The notes beneath the pieces were generated by a model. That model was not told where the DNA came from and did no database searches. It worked only from the letters and a program-made list of their open reading frames with translations. The translations under genes and the position numbers were made by a program. A stretch of 43,901 bases of DNA from Candidatus Micrarchaeota archaeon (GTDB lineage Archaea > Micrarchaeota > Micrarchaeia > Micrarchaeales > CABMGC01): positions 1 through 43,901 of the forward strand of contig JASHUB010000069.1 of NCBI GenBank assembly GCA_030040265.1, given 5' to 3'. Positions 19,171 through 26,726 of this stretch are shown here, piece by piece; the stretch's first letter is position 1, and each line of letters begins with the position of its first letter.

Positions 19171-19602
19171 TTATACCTGTCCCTTGTCTTTCTGCTCCTG
19201 CTTCTTGGGCGCTGCCGCAGGCTTCTTTGCGTCCTGCTTCTTCGGCTGCTCCTTGGCTGCGGGTGCAGGCTTGGCGCCTGGTTTTGCCGCTGTAGCGACC
19301 GGCTTTGCGGTCGGCTGCGCTGCAGGCGTGTACGTCTTCCTCCAGTTCTTGAGAGAATCGGATAGCGTGACCTTGACTTCGCCTCCGGTCTTGTCCAGGC
19401 TGACCTGGACCGGCCTCAGGTGGATCGCGACGTTCCTTATCATGTACTCGTTGACGTCCATGCCTATCGACACGTCCTCCGGGTCGACCTTCGCGTGCCT
19501 CGCGACCTCGGCGCGCAGGTACCGCATGGCCTGCTTCCTCCTCCTTGTGGAGTGTATCGCCACCAGCTTCTTTCTCAGGTTGATCGTGAGTGATGTTGCC
19601 AT
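19171..19602 (-). CDS. rpl31e: Ribosomal protein L31e with a ~55-aa K/A/P-rich C-terminal extension
   Basis: L31e core (INLRK...RRRKQAMRYLRAEVARH...DVSIGMDVNEYMIRN), followed by the low-complexity PAAQPTAKPVATAAKPGAKPAPAAKEQPKKQDAKKPAAAPKKQEQKDKGQV. Confidence 0.88.
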   Translation of the reverse strand: MATSLTINLRKKLVAIHSTRRRKQAMRYLRAEVARHAKVDPEDVSIGMDVNEYMIRNVAIHLRPVQVSLDKTGGEVKVTLSDSLKNWRKTYTPAAQPTAKPVATAAKPGAKPAPAAKEQPKKQDAKKPAAAPKKQEQKDKGQV

Positions 19603-19606
19603 GGAT

Positions 19607-19765
19607 TCATCCCTTTATTCGCATCTTCTGCCTTCTCCAGCTCCTCTGGAACATGTTCTGGCTCACCTTCCGGTGGGTCCTGAGGCTGGCCAGTATCGGC
19701 AGCCTCCTCGACTGCTTCAGCTTCTTGCCTAGCATCCTCTTCTTCTGCTGGCTTTTCTTACCCAT
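19607..19765 (-). CDS. rpl39e: Ribosomal protein L39e (52 aa; below the ORF-track size cut-off)
   Basis: Hand translation of the minus strand gives MGKKSQQKKRMLGKKLKQSRRLPILASLRTHRKVSQNMFQRSWRRQKMRIKG*. This matches the L39e pattern (KKL..KQ.RR.P.....T.R.V..N..QR.WRR.K). Located between the PDCD5-like gene and rpl31e, as in the conserved archaeal cluster. Confidence 0.85.
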   Translation of the reverse strand: MGKKSQQKKRMLGKKLKQSRRLPILASLRTHRKVSQNMFQRSWRRQKMRIKG

Positions 19766-19774
19766 ATGAACACT

Positions 19775-20074
19775 TCATTTGTGCTTAAACTCTATCTTCG
19801 GTTCCGGCCTGTATGTCAGCCGCGCGAGAATCTCACGCAGCTGCTCCTCGGTTATCTTCCCGGCGATCTTGTTCGATTGCGCCATGGCGAGTATCCAGTC
19901 CGTGAGCTTCTCATAGAGCTCGCGGTTGGCGACCCGCACGTTCATGAACCTCTCGAACGCTTCCGGGGTGAGATATTTCTTGATCATCTCCTTCTTCTGT
20001 TGCGCAACCTGCATTTCGCGCAGCCTCTTTTGAAGGGCCTTCTTCATCTTTTCGTCCTGGGCCTCTTCGGGCAC
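19775..20074 (-). CDS. PDCD5/TFAR19-like DNA-binding protein (COG2118 family)
   Basis: About 99 aa, basic and helical. YLTPEAFERFMNVRVANRELYEKL...KITEEQLREIL fits the PDCD5-like family. Conserved position between rps19e and rpl39e. Confidence 0.75.
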   Translation of the reverse strand: MPEEAQDEKMKKALQKRLREMQVAQQKKEMIKKYLTPEAFERFMNVRVANRELYEKLTDWILAMAQSNKIAGKITEEQLREILARLTYRPEPKIEFKHK

Positions 20075-20082
20075 GCGACCGC

Positions 20083-20493
20083 CTACGCCAGCACTTCCTT
20101 GGCTACCTTGTCAAGGAAGGACTTACCCTTCGGTGTGATGACACGCCCGACCTTTTCCTTCTTCACGTATCCCTGCTTCTCCAGGGCGTCGAACGCGTCC
20201 TTGATTATGCTTCCGCCAGCCCGCTGGTGGTGGTGGTGCCAGACCTTGTGCCGCTTTCTCGTCCCGTACTTTGTGCGGAGCGCAGAAACGCCTATCGGCC
20301 CGTTGATGTAAACCTGCCTCAGGACGGAGGCGCACCTCACGTACCAGAAGTCCGGGTCGCTGGGCACGCGCTCGCGGCTCGGGCCGGTCTTGACCATGTC
20401 CACGTAGACGGGCTTCTTCACGCCCTCGGCCTTCAGCTTCTCGGCGCTTTTCTTGATTAGCGACGCTGTGTCTGCTTCAAAAACGTTTGCCAT
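20083..20493 (-). CDS. rps19e: Ribosomal protein S19e
   Basis: DPDFWYVRCASVLRQVYINGPIGVSALRTKYG...GGSIIKDAFDALEKQGYV. I prefer the ATG at 20493 (MANVFEAD) over the ORF-track start at 20532. Confidence 0.88.
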   Translation of the reverse strand: MANVFEADTASLIKKSAEKLKAEGVKKPVYVDMVKTGPSRERVPSDPDFWYVRCASVLRQVYINGPIGVSALRTKYGTRKRHKVWHHHHQRAGGSIIKDAFDALEKQGYVKKEKVGRVITPKGKSFLDKVAKEVLA

Positions 20494-20649
20494 AAAAGTC
20501 ACTTTCTTTGCTTTCCTTAGAAATCGGAGCAAGAATAGATAATCTCTATCTGACGCATAAATATATATCTTTTGTTATGCTAACATTAATGCTAATCCGA
20601 CGTAGGTTATTAAGGGAAAATACATTTATAAACCTAACATCTCTAATGC

Positions 20650-20928
20650 TTGGTCGATATTATGAAGCTGAATGTGGTTGAGTCAGACGCAAAGAGCATA
20701 ATCATTGAATTCGAGGAGGCGGACAGGGGCATCGCAGAGCTCATAAAGGACAAGATCCTCGAAAACAAGGACATCGAGTTCGCCGGCGTGGTCAAGGAGC
20801 ACCCGCAGGTAGGGAATCCGAGGCTCATCGTGAAGGCGGAAAAGAACGCCCGCGGCATAGTGCTGAAGGCGGTCGAGTCGCTGCAGGACGACCTGAAGGA
20901 GCTCACCTCGCACCTGCCGAAGAAGTAG
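20650..20928 (+). CDS. rpoL: DNA-directed RNA polymerase subunit L (Rpo11)
   Basis: About 90 aa. LNVVESDAKSIIIEFEEADRGIAELIKDKILENKDIEFAGVVKEHPQVGNPRLIVKA fits the RpoL/Rpb11 fold pattern. Start is TTG at 20650 or, more likely, ATG at 20662. Confidence 0.8.
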   Translation: MVDIMKLNVVESDAKSIIIEFEEADRGIAELIKDKILENKDIEFAGVVKEHPQVGNPRLIVKAEKNARGIVLKAVESLQDDLKELTSHLPKK

Positions 20929-20932
20929 TCCC

Positions 20933-21490
20933 ATGCTGAAGAAGGGTTCGCGGATACTAGCCCTGGACGATGGCCATTTTACAAGGGGCCGCGGAAGGGT
21001 CCTCGTCGTTGGCGTCATCGGAAGGGACGCCGGAATCGAGGGCATACTGTCTTTTGACGTCGCAATAGACGGCAGCGACGCGACCGAGCGCCTTCTCCTC
21101 AAGATAAGCAAGTCTCGGTTCGGAGGGCAGATAAAGCTAATCGCCATGAACGGGGTCTCTTTCGGTGGAATGAACATAGTTGACCTGGAGAGGGTGAACC
21201 GGGAACTGCACCTTCCCGTGCTTGCGATCACGAGGAAGAGGCCCAGGAGGAGCCTGTTGATAAGCGCTGTGAAGAAGATGCGCGTAAAGGACGCGAAGGA
21301 TAAGGAGAGGATGATAAGGTCTTTCGCAAAAGCATCGACGACAGAACACATCAATGGCTTCTACGTCCAGAGGCTGGGGATCAACGAGGATGATGCAGAA
21401 AAGGCGCTTCCGGTTGCGGTGCAGCTTACCAGGCTGGCGCACCTTGTCGCGAGCGGCGTGACAAAAGGAGAGTCTGTAGGCAGGATATAG
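20933..21490 (+). CDS. DUF99/UPF0215-family protein (endonuclease-V-like fold)
   Basis: ILALDDGHF, VVGVIGR, AIDGSDATE, IAMNGVSFGGMNIVD, LPVLAITRKRP match my recollection of archaeal UPF0215 motifs. Family assignment is from memory, not from an HMM search. Confidence 0.6.
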   Translation: MLKKGSRILALDDGHFTRGRGRVLVVGVIGRDAGIEGILSFDVAIDGSDATERLLLKISKSRFGGQIKLIAMNGVSFGGMNIVDLERVNRELHLPVLAITRKRPRRSLLISAVKKMRVKDAKDKERMIRSFAKASTTEHINGFYVQRLGINEDDAEKALPVAVQLTRLAHLVASGVTKGESVGRI

Positions 21491-21491
21491 C

Positions 21492-22427
21492 TTATTTCTT
21501 GCCCTTGTCGTCGAAGCCGTCCTCGCCTCTTGGAGGCTGCCTGAAAGTCTTGTTCAGATTCAATATGATTTCCTCCTTCTTTGCCTCGAAGCCGGTTAGC
21601 AGCTCTTGGATCATGCTGAGCTGCTCCAGGGAGGTTATCCTCCCCATGGACTTGAGGTCCACGATACCCTTGGATAGGCCCTTCGCAAAGGCGGTCGCGA
21701 AGGCTATGGCGTCTACGATCCTTTTCTCGGATGCCTTGCTCGCTTTCCCCCTGCTCGCGTCCTTCCGGATGGATGCTTCGTACTGCTTCGAGCCGATGGA
21801 CAGGAGATCGTTTGAGAGCATCGCGTAGGCGGGCCGCATCTCGGCGGTGAACATGCTCATGAAGTCTATGTATTTTGCGAAGACGTCGAGGGATTGCACG
21901 ACCCCTCCATCGTAGAACAGCAGAATCCAGCCAGTCACGTAGTGCGCCCACATGTTCGAGTGGCCGCGCGCGTCCATATGCTCTAGGAATGCGGAGAACT
22001 CCTTCCGGCTCTTTGCGAGGTGGGCAGCGATAGGGACTAGGTCGAGCAGGACTCTCTGGATGTCAAGGTCCTCGACACCGGCGCGGAGCAGCAGCCTGTC
22101 AACTGCGGTCACAGCGGCGGCAGCGTGCCCGGCGTTGCTTTCGAATCTCTTGGCTGCGGTAAGGAACGCCTGCGATGCCTTGGACGCAAGTACGGGATCC
22201 TGTCGCAGGGATAGCATCCGTGCATGCCATAGCTGCACCGCGTCATCGTTCCTTGTGGCTTTCGAGATTGCGTTGCCGCAGGCGAATAGCTCTTCTGCGA
22301 TCTTGGGATCCCTGCCGGTGAACTGTGCCCGGACACCCTGGACCGCAGACGCGGCCGCCTCCCCTGCGGATCTTGCGACCTCTTTGAGGGTCGATTCGAT
22401 TGTTGGGTAAGCCCGAGGCTGATGCAC
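21492..22427 (-). CDS. Hypothetical protein, predicted all-alpha, no recognisable motif
   Basis: 311-aa ORF filling the space between two confidently called genes. No family recognised by eye. Confidence 0.5.
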   Translation of the reverse strand: MHQPRAYPTIESTLKEVARSAGEAAASAVQGVRAQFTGRDPKIAEELFACGNAISKATRNDDAVQLWHARMLSLRQDPVLASKASQAFLTAAKRFESNAGHAAAAVTAVDRLLLRAGVEDLDIQRVLLDLVPIAAHLAKSRKEFSAFLEHMDARGHSNMWAHYVTGWILLFYDGGVVQSLDVFAKYIDFMSMFTAEMRPAYAMLSNDLLSIGSKQYEASIRKDASRGKASKASEKRIVDAIAFATAFAKGLSKGIVDLKSMGRITSLEQLSMIQELLTGFEAKKEEIILNLNKTFRQPPRGEDGFDDKGKK

Positions 22428-22503
22428 TGATCTCAGATGAACACCTGAGGTTATGTGTTTTTCCTCCTTTTTAAAGGTGTCTTTTATTCCGTCCCGGGGG
22501 AAC

Positions 22504-22511
22504 TTTTATAT
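22504..22511 (+). promoter_or_regulatory. TATA-like box upstream of the aldo/keto reductase GTG start
   Basis: ttttatat lies 23-30 nt upstream of the GTG at 22534. Confidence 0.4.
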
Positions 22512-22533
22512 CGGTTGGGTGCGATGTCTAACC

Positions 22534-23448
22534 GTGAAGTACAAGGAGCTAGGCAGGACCGGCGAGAAGATCCCGGAGATAGGCATGGGCAGCTGGCAGC
22601 TGGGCCATGGCGAAGGGCAGGTCGAGGCGCTCAGGGCAGGATTGGATGCGGGATGCAGGTTCATCGACACCGCAGAGATCTATCAGACCGAGGATGTTGT
22701 CGGACGGGCTATCAAAGGGAAGAAGGACGTTTTCGTTGCCACCAAGGTGTGGCCTTCCAACCTGCACTATGACGACGTCATACGTGCCTGCGACGCGAGC
22801 CTCAAGCGGCTCGGCCTCAAGCAGGTCGACCTGTACCAGATACACTGGCCGAACAAGACCATACCTATAGAAGAGACCATGGCTGCGATGGAGAAGCTGG
22901 TCGACGATGGGAAGATACGCTACATAGGCCTGAGCAACTTCTCTGCGAAGGAGATGCAGGAAGCGCAGGATACGCTGAAGAGGAACACCGTAGTCTCGAA
23001 CCAGGTGGAATACAGCGTGCTGGTCAGGGACGTCGAGAAGGAGCTGCTCGCCGCCTGCAAGAAAGAGCATGTGACACTGATTGCCTACAGCCCATTCGGC
23101 AACGGCGCGTTCTTCGAGCCGAGGTTCGCCCCGTTCGTTGAAGCTCTCACGAGGATAGGCGCCGCCCACGGGAAGAGCGCGTCACAGGTGGCGATCGCGT
23201 GGCTCTTGGAGAAGGATCCGGTAGTCACGATACCAAAGGCGAGCAGCAAGGAACACGTGCTGGAGAACATCGAAGCATCTGGCTTCAAACTCACGAGAGA
23301 GGAGCTCGCTGCCATCGATGAACTATGCAAGAAGTACAAAAAGAGCCCGCTCGTGCCGCTACATCTTGGCTCGCTGCTGAAGCATACGACATTCTGGCAC
23401 GGCTCCATCGCTAAGCGGTGGATGGAAGGCAGAGGGAAGAAACCCTGA
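22534..23448 (+). CDS. Aldo/keto reductase
   Basis: VKYKELGRTGEKIPEIGMGSW, FIDTAEIY, DLYQIHWP, IGLSNF and a C-terminal IPKASS motif. I prefer the GTG start at 22534 because ttttatat (22504-22511) lies 23-30 nt upstream. The ORF-track ATG at 22453 adds a non-AKR hydrophobic leader. Confidence 0.85.
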   Translation: MKYKELGRTGEKIPEIGMGSWQLGHGEGQVEALRAGLDAGCRFIDTAEIYQTEDVVGRAIKGKKDVFVATKVWPSNLHYDDVIRACDASLKRLGLKQVDLYQIHWPNKTIPIEETMAAMEKLVDDGKIRYIGLSNFSAKEMQEAQDTLKRNTVVSNQVEYSVLVRDVEKELLAACKKEHVTLIAYSPFGNGAFFEPRFAPFVEALTRIGAAHGKSASQVAIAWLLEKDPVVTIPKASSKEHVLENIEASGFKLTREELAAIDELCKKYKKSPLVPLHLGSLLKHTTFWHGSIAKRWMEGRGKKP

Positions 23449-24366
23449 CTACGGCCTTATCGTGATCTGCCAGTTCTGGTAGTGCACGTCCTCAAGCGGC
23501 TTGGTCGGGATGTGGCCCGGCGCGTCAGCCTTAGGCGCTTCTGTAACGACGTTCGTGGCACTTGGGGATGATGGAGCAAATGAGCTAGGCACAATGATTG
23601 TTAAGCCATCGTTTGTGGGTATCTTTACTATCCCGCCTTCCCTGTTCCTGGCATCCTCCATGGCATTTAGGCGCATCGCTTTCTGCAGGAGCTCGGAATC
23701 CTTCGCCAAGCGCGCTGCGTTAGCTTCGAATTCTGCCGTGTCGAACGGCTTTCCGAAGAAGGTCTCGCACATTGCGTCGAAGAAGTGGTCCCTGGCTGTG
23801 AATACTTGAACGCCCTTTAGGCCACGCTCCTCTGCAACCCTCCATGCAGTAAGCCTTCTTTGGGCATCCTTAAGGTGGGTATCGATGTCGAACGTGCGCT
23901 CGAACGAGAGCGAGTATGGGCCGCGCTTCATGGCCAAAAGTTGGAGCTCGACGAGCCCAGTGGCCATGTCCATGCTGTCCTTAACTATCACGTATCCCTG
24001 GAAACTGGAGTCGTGTATGTGGTAGAGCCCTACGTGTGACATGCTGGTGCCATGTTGGACCTCCTGCCTGTATTCCAGCCTCTCCTTTATCTGGAGATGT
24101 TTTCCATCAACGGTTACGAATAACAGCTCTATGCCTGGATACGCCCCTCTTGTTCCGTATTTTAGAGAGAAAATGGCGTCGCGGACCTCGGACACCCTCT
24201 TCTCGGGGTTGCCGCGGTACAGCGTGACTGCCTTGTGCTTTGTAGTGAGGGGAGCTGGGCATTCGCTCAGGAATCTCCTCAGATTTTCTGCCGGTGTGAC
24301 CGGCCTCTGCCCGAAGGCAGCGATGCTCGTGGTTTGTGGTTTTGCATTTCCGTACATTTTGTTCAC
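23449..24366 (-). CDS. Hypothetical protein (305 aa), no recognisable motif
   Basis: Long ORF with no competing gene on either strand. No family recognised by eye. Confidence 0.5.
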   Translation of the reverse strand: MNKMYGNAKPQTTSIAAFGQRPVTPAENLRRFLSECPAPLTTKHKAVTLYRGNPEKRVSEVRDAIFSLKYGTRGAYPGIELLFVTVDGKHLQIKERLEYRQEVQHGTSMSHVGLYHIHDSSFQGYVIVKDSMDMATGLVELQLLAMKRGPYSLSFERTFDIDTHLKDAQRRLTAWRVAEERGLKGVQVFTARDHFFDAMCETFFGKPFDTAEFEANAARLAKDSELLQKAMRLNAMEDARNREGGIVKIPTNDGLTIIVPSSFAPSSPSATNVVTEAPKADAPGHIPTKPLEDVHYQNWQITIRP

Positions 24367-24460
24367 ATTCTGGTGCAGAGGCGCGGTGTCGTCTGGACAA
24401 CGCCTTCATGCTATGGTCCTAAAGTCATTAGAACGCAGGATTGACCTTTGAACTTATACC

Positions 24461-24468
24461 TATTTAAA
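24461..24468 (+). promoter_or_regulatory. TATA-like box upstream of the MBL-fold hydrolase gene
   Basis: tatttaaa lies 22-29 nt upstream of the ATG at 24490. Confidence 0.4.
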
Positions 24469-24489
24469 GCTTTCTCGCGGAGGATACTC

Positions 24490-25152
24490 ATGGAGCTCAG
24501 CGATATCAAGTGGATAGGACACGCTTCTTTCCTCATACAGGACCGGAAGAGGAACATCTACGTGGACCCGTACGCCCTCCGCGACTTCAAGGCGCCGCAC
24601 GCGGATTTCGTCTTCATAACGCATGCGCACTTCGACCACTTCAGCATGGATGACATAAAGAGGATCGCTGACGACAGCACCCAGTTCGTGGCCCCGAAAG
24701 ACATCGCTAAGAAGCTGCCGTATCCGAAGGTGCACGCCGTAGAGCCCGAAGACGAGTATGACATAGAAGGCCTCGAGTTCGACACCGTTCCGGCGTACAA
24801 CGTGAAGCCAGACAGGCTCCACTACCATCCCCGCGACAACGGGTGGGTTGGATACGTGATAAACTTCGACAGCTTCCGCGTGTACCACGCAGGGGACACC
24901 GATTTCGTTGACGAGATGCGCGGGCTGAAGCCGGAGCTCGGTTTCGTGCCGATGGGCGGCACGTACGTGATGGACGTCAACGAGGCGATAGAGGCGTCGA
25001 AAGCGATAGACGCGAAGAGGATCGCGCCGATGCACTACAAGAACCTGCTCGGCGAGCAGAAATCAAAGGAAGCAGAGGCGCTGTTCAAGAAGAACGCAAA
25101 GAACGGGATAATACTGAAAGAAGTGATCCCGCCGACCTTCGCGTTCAAGTAG
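24490..25152 (+). CDS. Metallo-beta-lactamase-fold hydrolase (UPF0173-like)
   Basis: IKWIGHASFLIQ, ITHAHFDH metal motif, YHAGDT. The ATG at 24490 is preceded by tatttaaa (24461-24468). Confidence 0.8.
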   Translation: MELSDIKWIGHASFLIQDRKRNIYVDPYALRDFKAPHADFVFITHAHFDHFSMDDIKRIADDSTQFVAPKDIAKKLPYPKVHAVEPEDEYDIEGLEFDTVPAYNVKPDRLHYHPRDNGWVGYVINFDSFRVYHAGDTDFVDEMRGLKPELGFVPMGGTYVMDVNEAIEASKAIDAKRIAPMHYKNLLGEQKSKEAEALFKKNAKNGIILKEVIPPTFAFK

Positions 25153-25945
25153 TATCGAGCCTTTTGCCTATCTCTCGCGACAGGTCCAGTATTTCACCAG
25201 GGCTGAGCTTGAAGAGCCTGCTCTCCCTGTGCTTGAGCGAGTCCGCGATCCTCACTGCTTCCTCCTTGGTTATGCCTAGCTGGTCTTCGGAATCGATGAA
25301 TGAGCTCCTTACGGTCTTCTTCTTGTGCTGCATCAGGATTCCGATTATCCGCATCTCCTCGTCGGTTATCCTGGCGTCCTTGGGCTTCATGTAGATTACG
25401 GCAGAGTCGACCTTCGGCATCGGCCTGAAGTTGCCCTTCGGGACGTCCATTATCTTAGTTATCGAGAAGGAGAGCGCGGAGATGACGCTTAGTTTCGAGT
25501 ATTTGTCCGTGCCTTCACGGGCCAGCATGTGCTCCACGAACTCCTTCTGAAGGCATAGCACGGCCTGCATCCTCTTCTCGGAGAGCCACTCGATGGTCTT
25601 GCTCGAAAGGACATAGGGGATGTTCGATATCATTATGTCAGTGTCTCCGAGCTCTAGCTCCTCATCGCTGACGTCGAAGAAATCGGAACAGATGAGTTTG
25701 AGCTTCTTGCTGTGCAACGCGTGCTTCAGGTGCTCGTACAGTGCTGTGTCACGCTCGACAGCCACGACGCGCTTCGCCTTCTTGCACAGCAGCCGGGTAA
25801 GTATCCCGTACCCCGGACCCATCTCGAGGACATTCTTGTCGATGCCGTGCACCGCCTCTGCCTCGGCTATCCTGTCGTTGACAAGAAAGTTCTGCCCCAG
25901 CTTCTTCTTGGGCCTGGGATACGCGTTGATCTTTTGGAGGGCCAT
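25145..25945 (-). CDS. rsmA: 16S/18S rRNA (adenine-N6,N6)-dimethyltransferase KsgA/Dim1
   Basis: LGQNFLVN, EMGPGYGILT, NIPY motifs. Confidence 0.9.
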   Translation of the reverse strand: MALQKINAYPRPKKKLGQNFLVNDRIAEAEAVHGIDKNVLEMGPGYGILTRLLCKKAKRVVAVERDTALYEHLKHALHSKKLKLICSDFFDVSDEELELGDTDIMISNIPYVLSSKTIEWLSEKRMQAVLCLQKEFVEHMLAREGTDKYSKLSVISALSFSITKIMDVPKGNFRPMPKVDSAVIYMKPKDARITDEEMRIIGILMQHKKKTVRSSFIDSEDQLGITKEEAVRIADSLKHRESRLFKLSPGEILDLSREIGKRLDTT

Positions 25946-26643
25946 CAGGATCGCACTGGTGCCACGCCCTTCTCTATGTCCCCAGATATCTCCTCGACTT
26001 CCTTGATGGTGTCTGCCGTTCGCCAGTACGAGCCGGCGAAGTTGGTCGCGTTGAGCCTGCCCTGCTCGGTCAGCTTGCCGAACGGTCCGGTCTCGAACTC
26101 GCCCTTCTCTGGAAGGTAGTCGAAAATCTTTTCGCTCATGAGGTAGATGCCGGCGTTCATGAGTATGTTTGGAAGAACGGGCTTCTGCCTGAACGCGGTC
26201 ACCTTTGCGCCGTTGAGCTCCACTATCCCGTAGGGGCTCTTCATCGGCACCACGGCCACCGATGCGACAGCCGAATCGTGCAGGTTCATCTTTCGTACGT
26301 CGATGTTCGTTATGAAGTCGCTGTTCGTGACCACGAACTCTTTATCGTTCTTGATGAACTTGCGCGCCAGCTTGACCGCGCCTCCGGTGCCGAGCGGCTC
26401 GTCCTCCGGGGAGTACTCGAACCTTGCCTTCAGCTCCCCTGCCTTAGAGTCGAGGTAGTCTATCAGCGCCTCCTTCTTGTACCCGAGCGACAGCACGAAG
26501 TCGTGTATGCCGAATGAGCTGAGCCACTTCACGTTCCAATATATGAACGGCTTTCCGCCGACCTCGACCATCGTCTTCGGTACGTTCTCGGTCAGGGGCC
26601 GCATCCTCTTCCCCTGGCCTCCGGCCAGTATTATTGCCTTCAT
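25945..26643 (-). CDS. Sugar-1-phosphate nucleotidyltransferase (NTP_transferase family)
   Basis: MKAIILAGGQGKRMRPLT..PK.MV signature and EDEPLGTGGA. ATG at 26643 preferred over the ORF-track start. The stop overlaps the rsmA start. Confidence 0.85.
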   Translation of the reverse strand: MKAIILAGGQGKRMRPLTENVPKTMVEVGGKPFIYWNVKWLSSFGIHDFVLSLGYKKEALIDYLDSKAGELKARFEYSPEDEPLGTGGAVKLARKFIKNDKEFVVTNSDFITNIDVRKMNLHDSAVASVAVVPMKSPYGIVELNGAKVTAFRQKPVLPNILMNAGIYLMSEKIFDYLPEKGEFETGPFGKLTEQGRLNATNFAGSYWRTADTIKEVEEISGDIEKGVAPVRS

Positions 26644-26694
26644 AAAACCACGGCCCACCGTGTGGGTTAACCTATTGACGAATTGCATGTTAGC

Positions 26695-26703
26695 TTATAT
26701 ATA
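26695..26703 (+). promoter_or_regulatory. TATA-like box upstream of the acetoacetyl-CoA synthetase gene
   Basis: ttatatata lies 24-32 nt upstream of the ATG at 26727, implying a very short or absent leader. Confidence 0.4.
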
Positions 26704-26726
26704 CCTACCCTGCAACACCCTAAGCT

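Noticed and set aside
17423-19365. Long plus-strand ORFs (224, 286 and 368 aa) across ftsY, pfdA and eif6.
   Set aside because: They are antisense to three confidently identified genes. Their products are Leu/Arg/Ser-rich with no motifs.
22453-22533. The upstream ATG (22453) as the aldo/keto reductase start.
   Set aside because: It would add a 27-aa non-homologous leader and would place the TATA-like box inside the coding region. The GTG at 22534 reproduces the canonical AKR N-terminus (KYKELGRTG).
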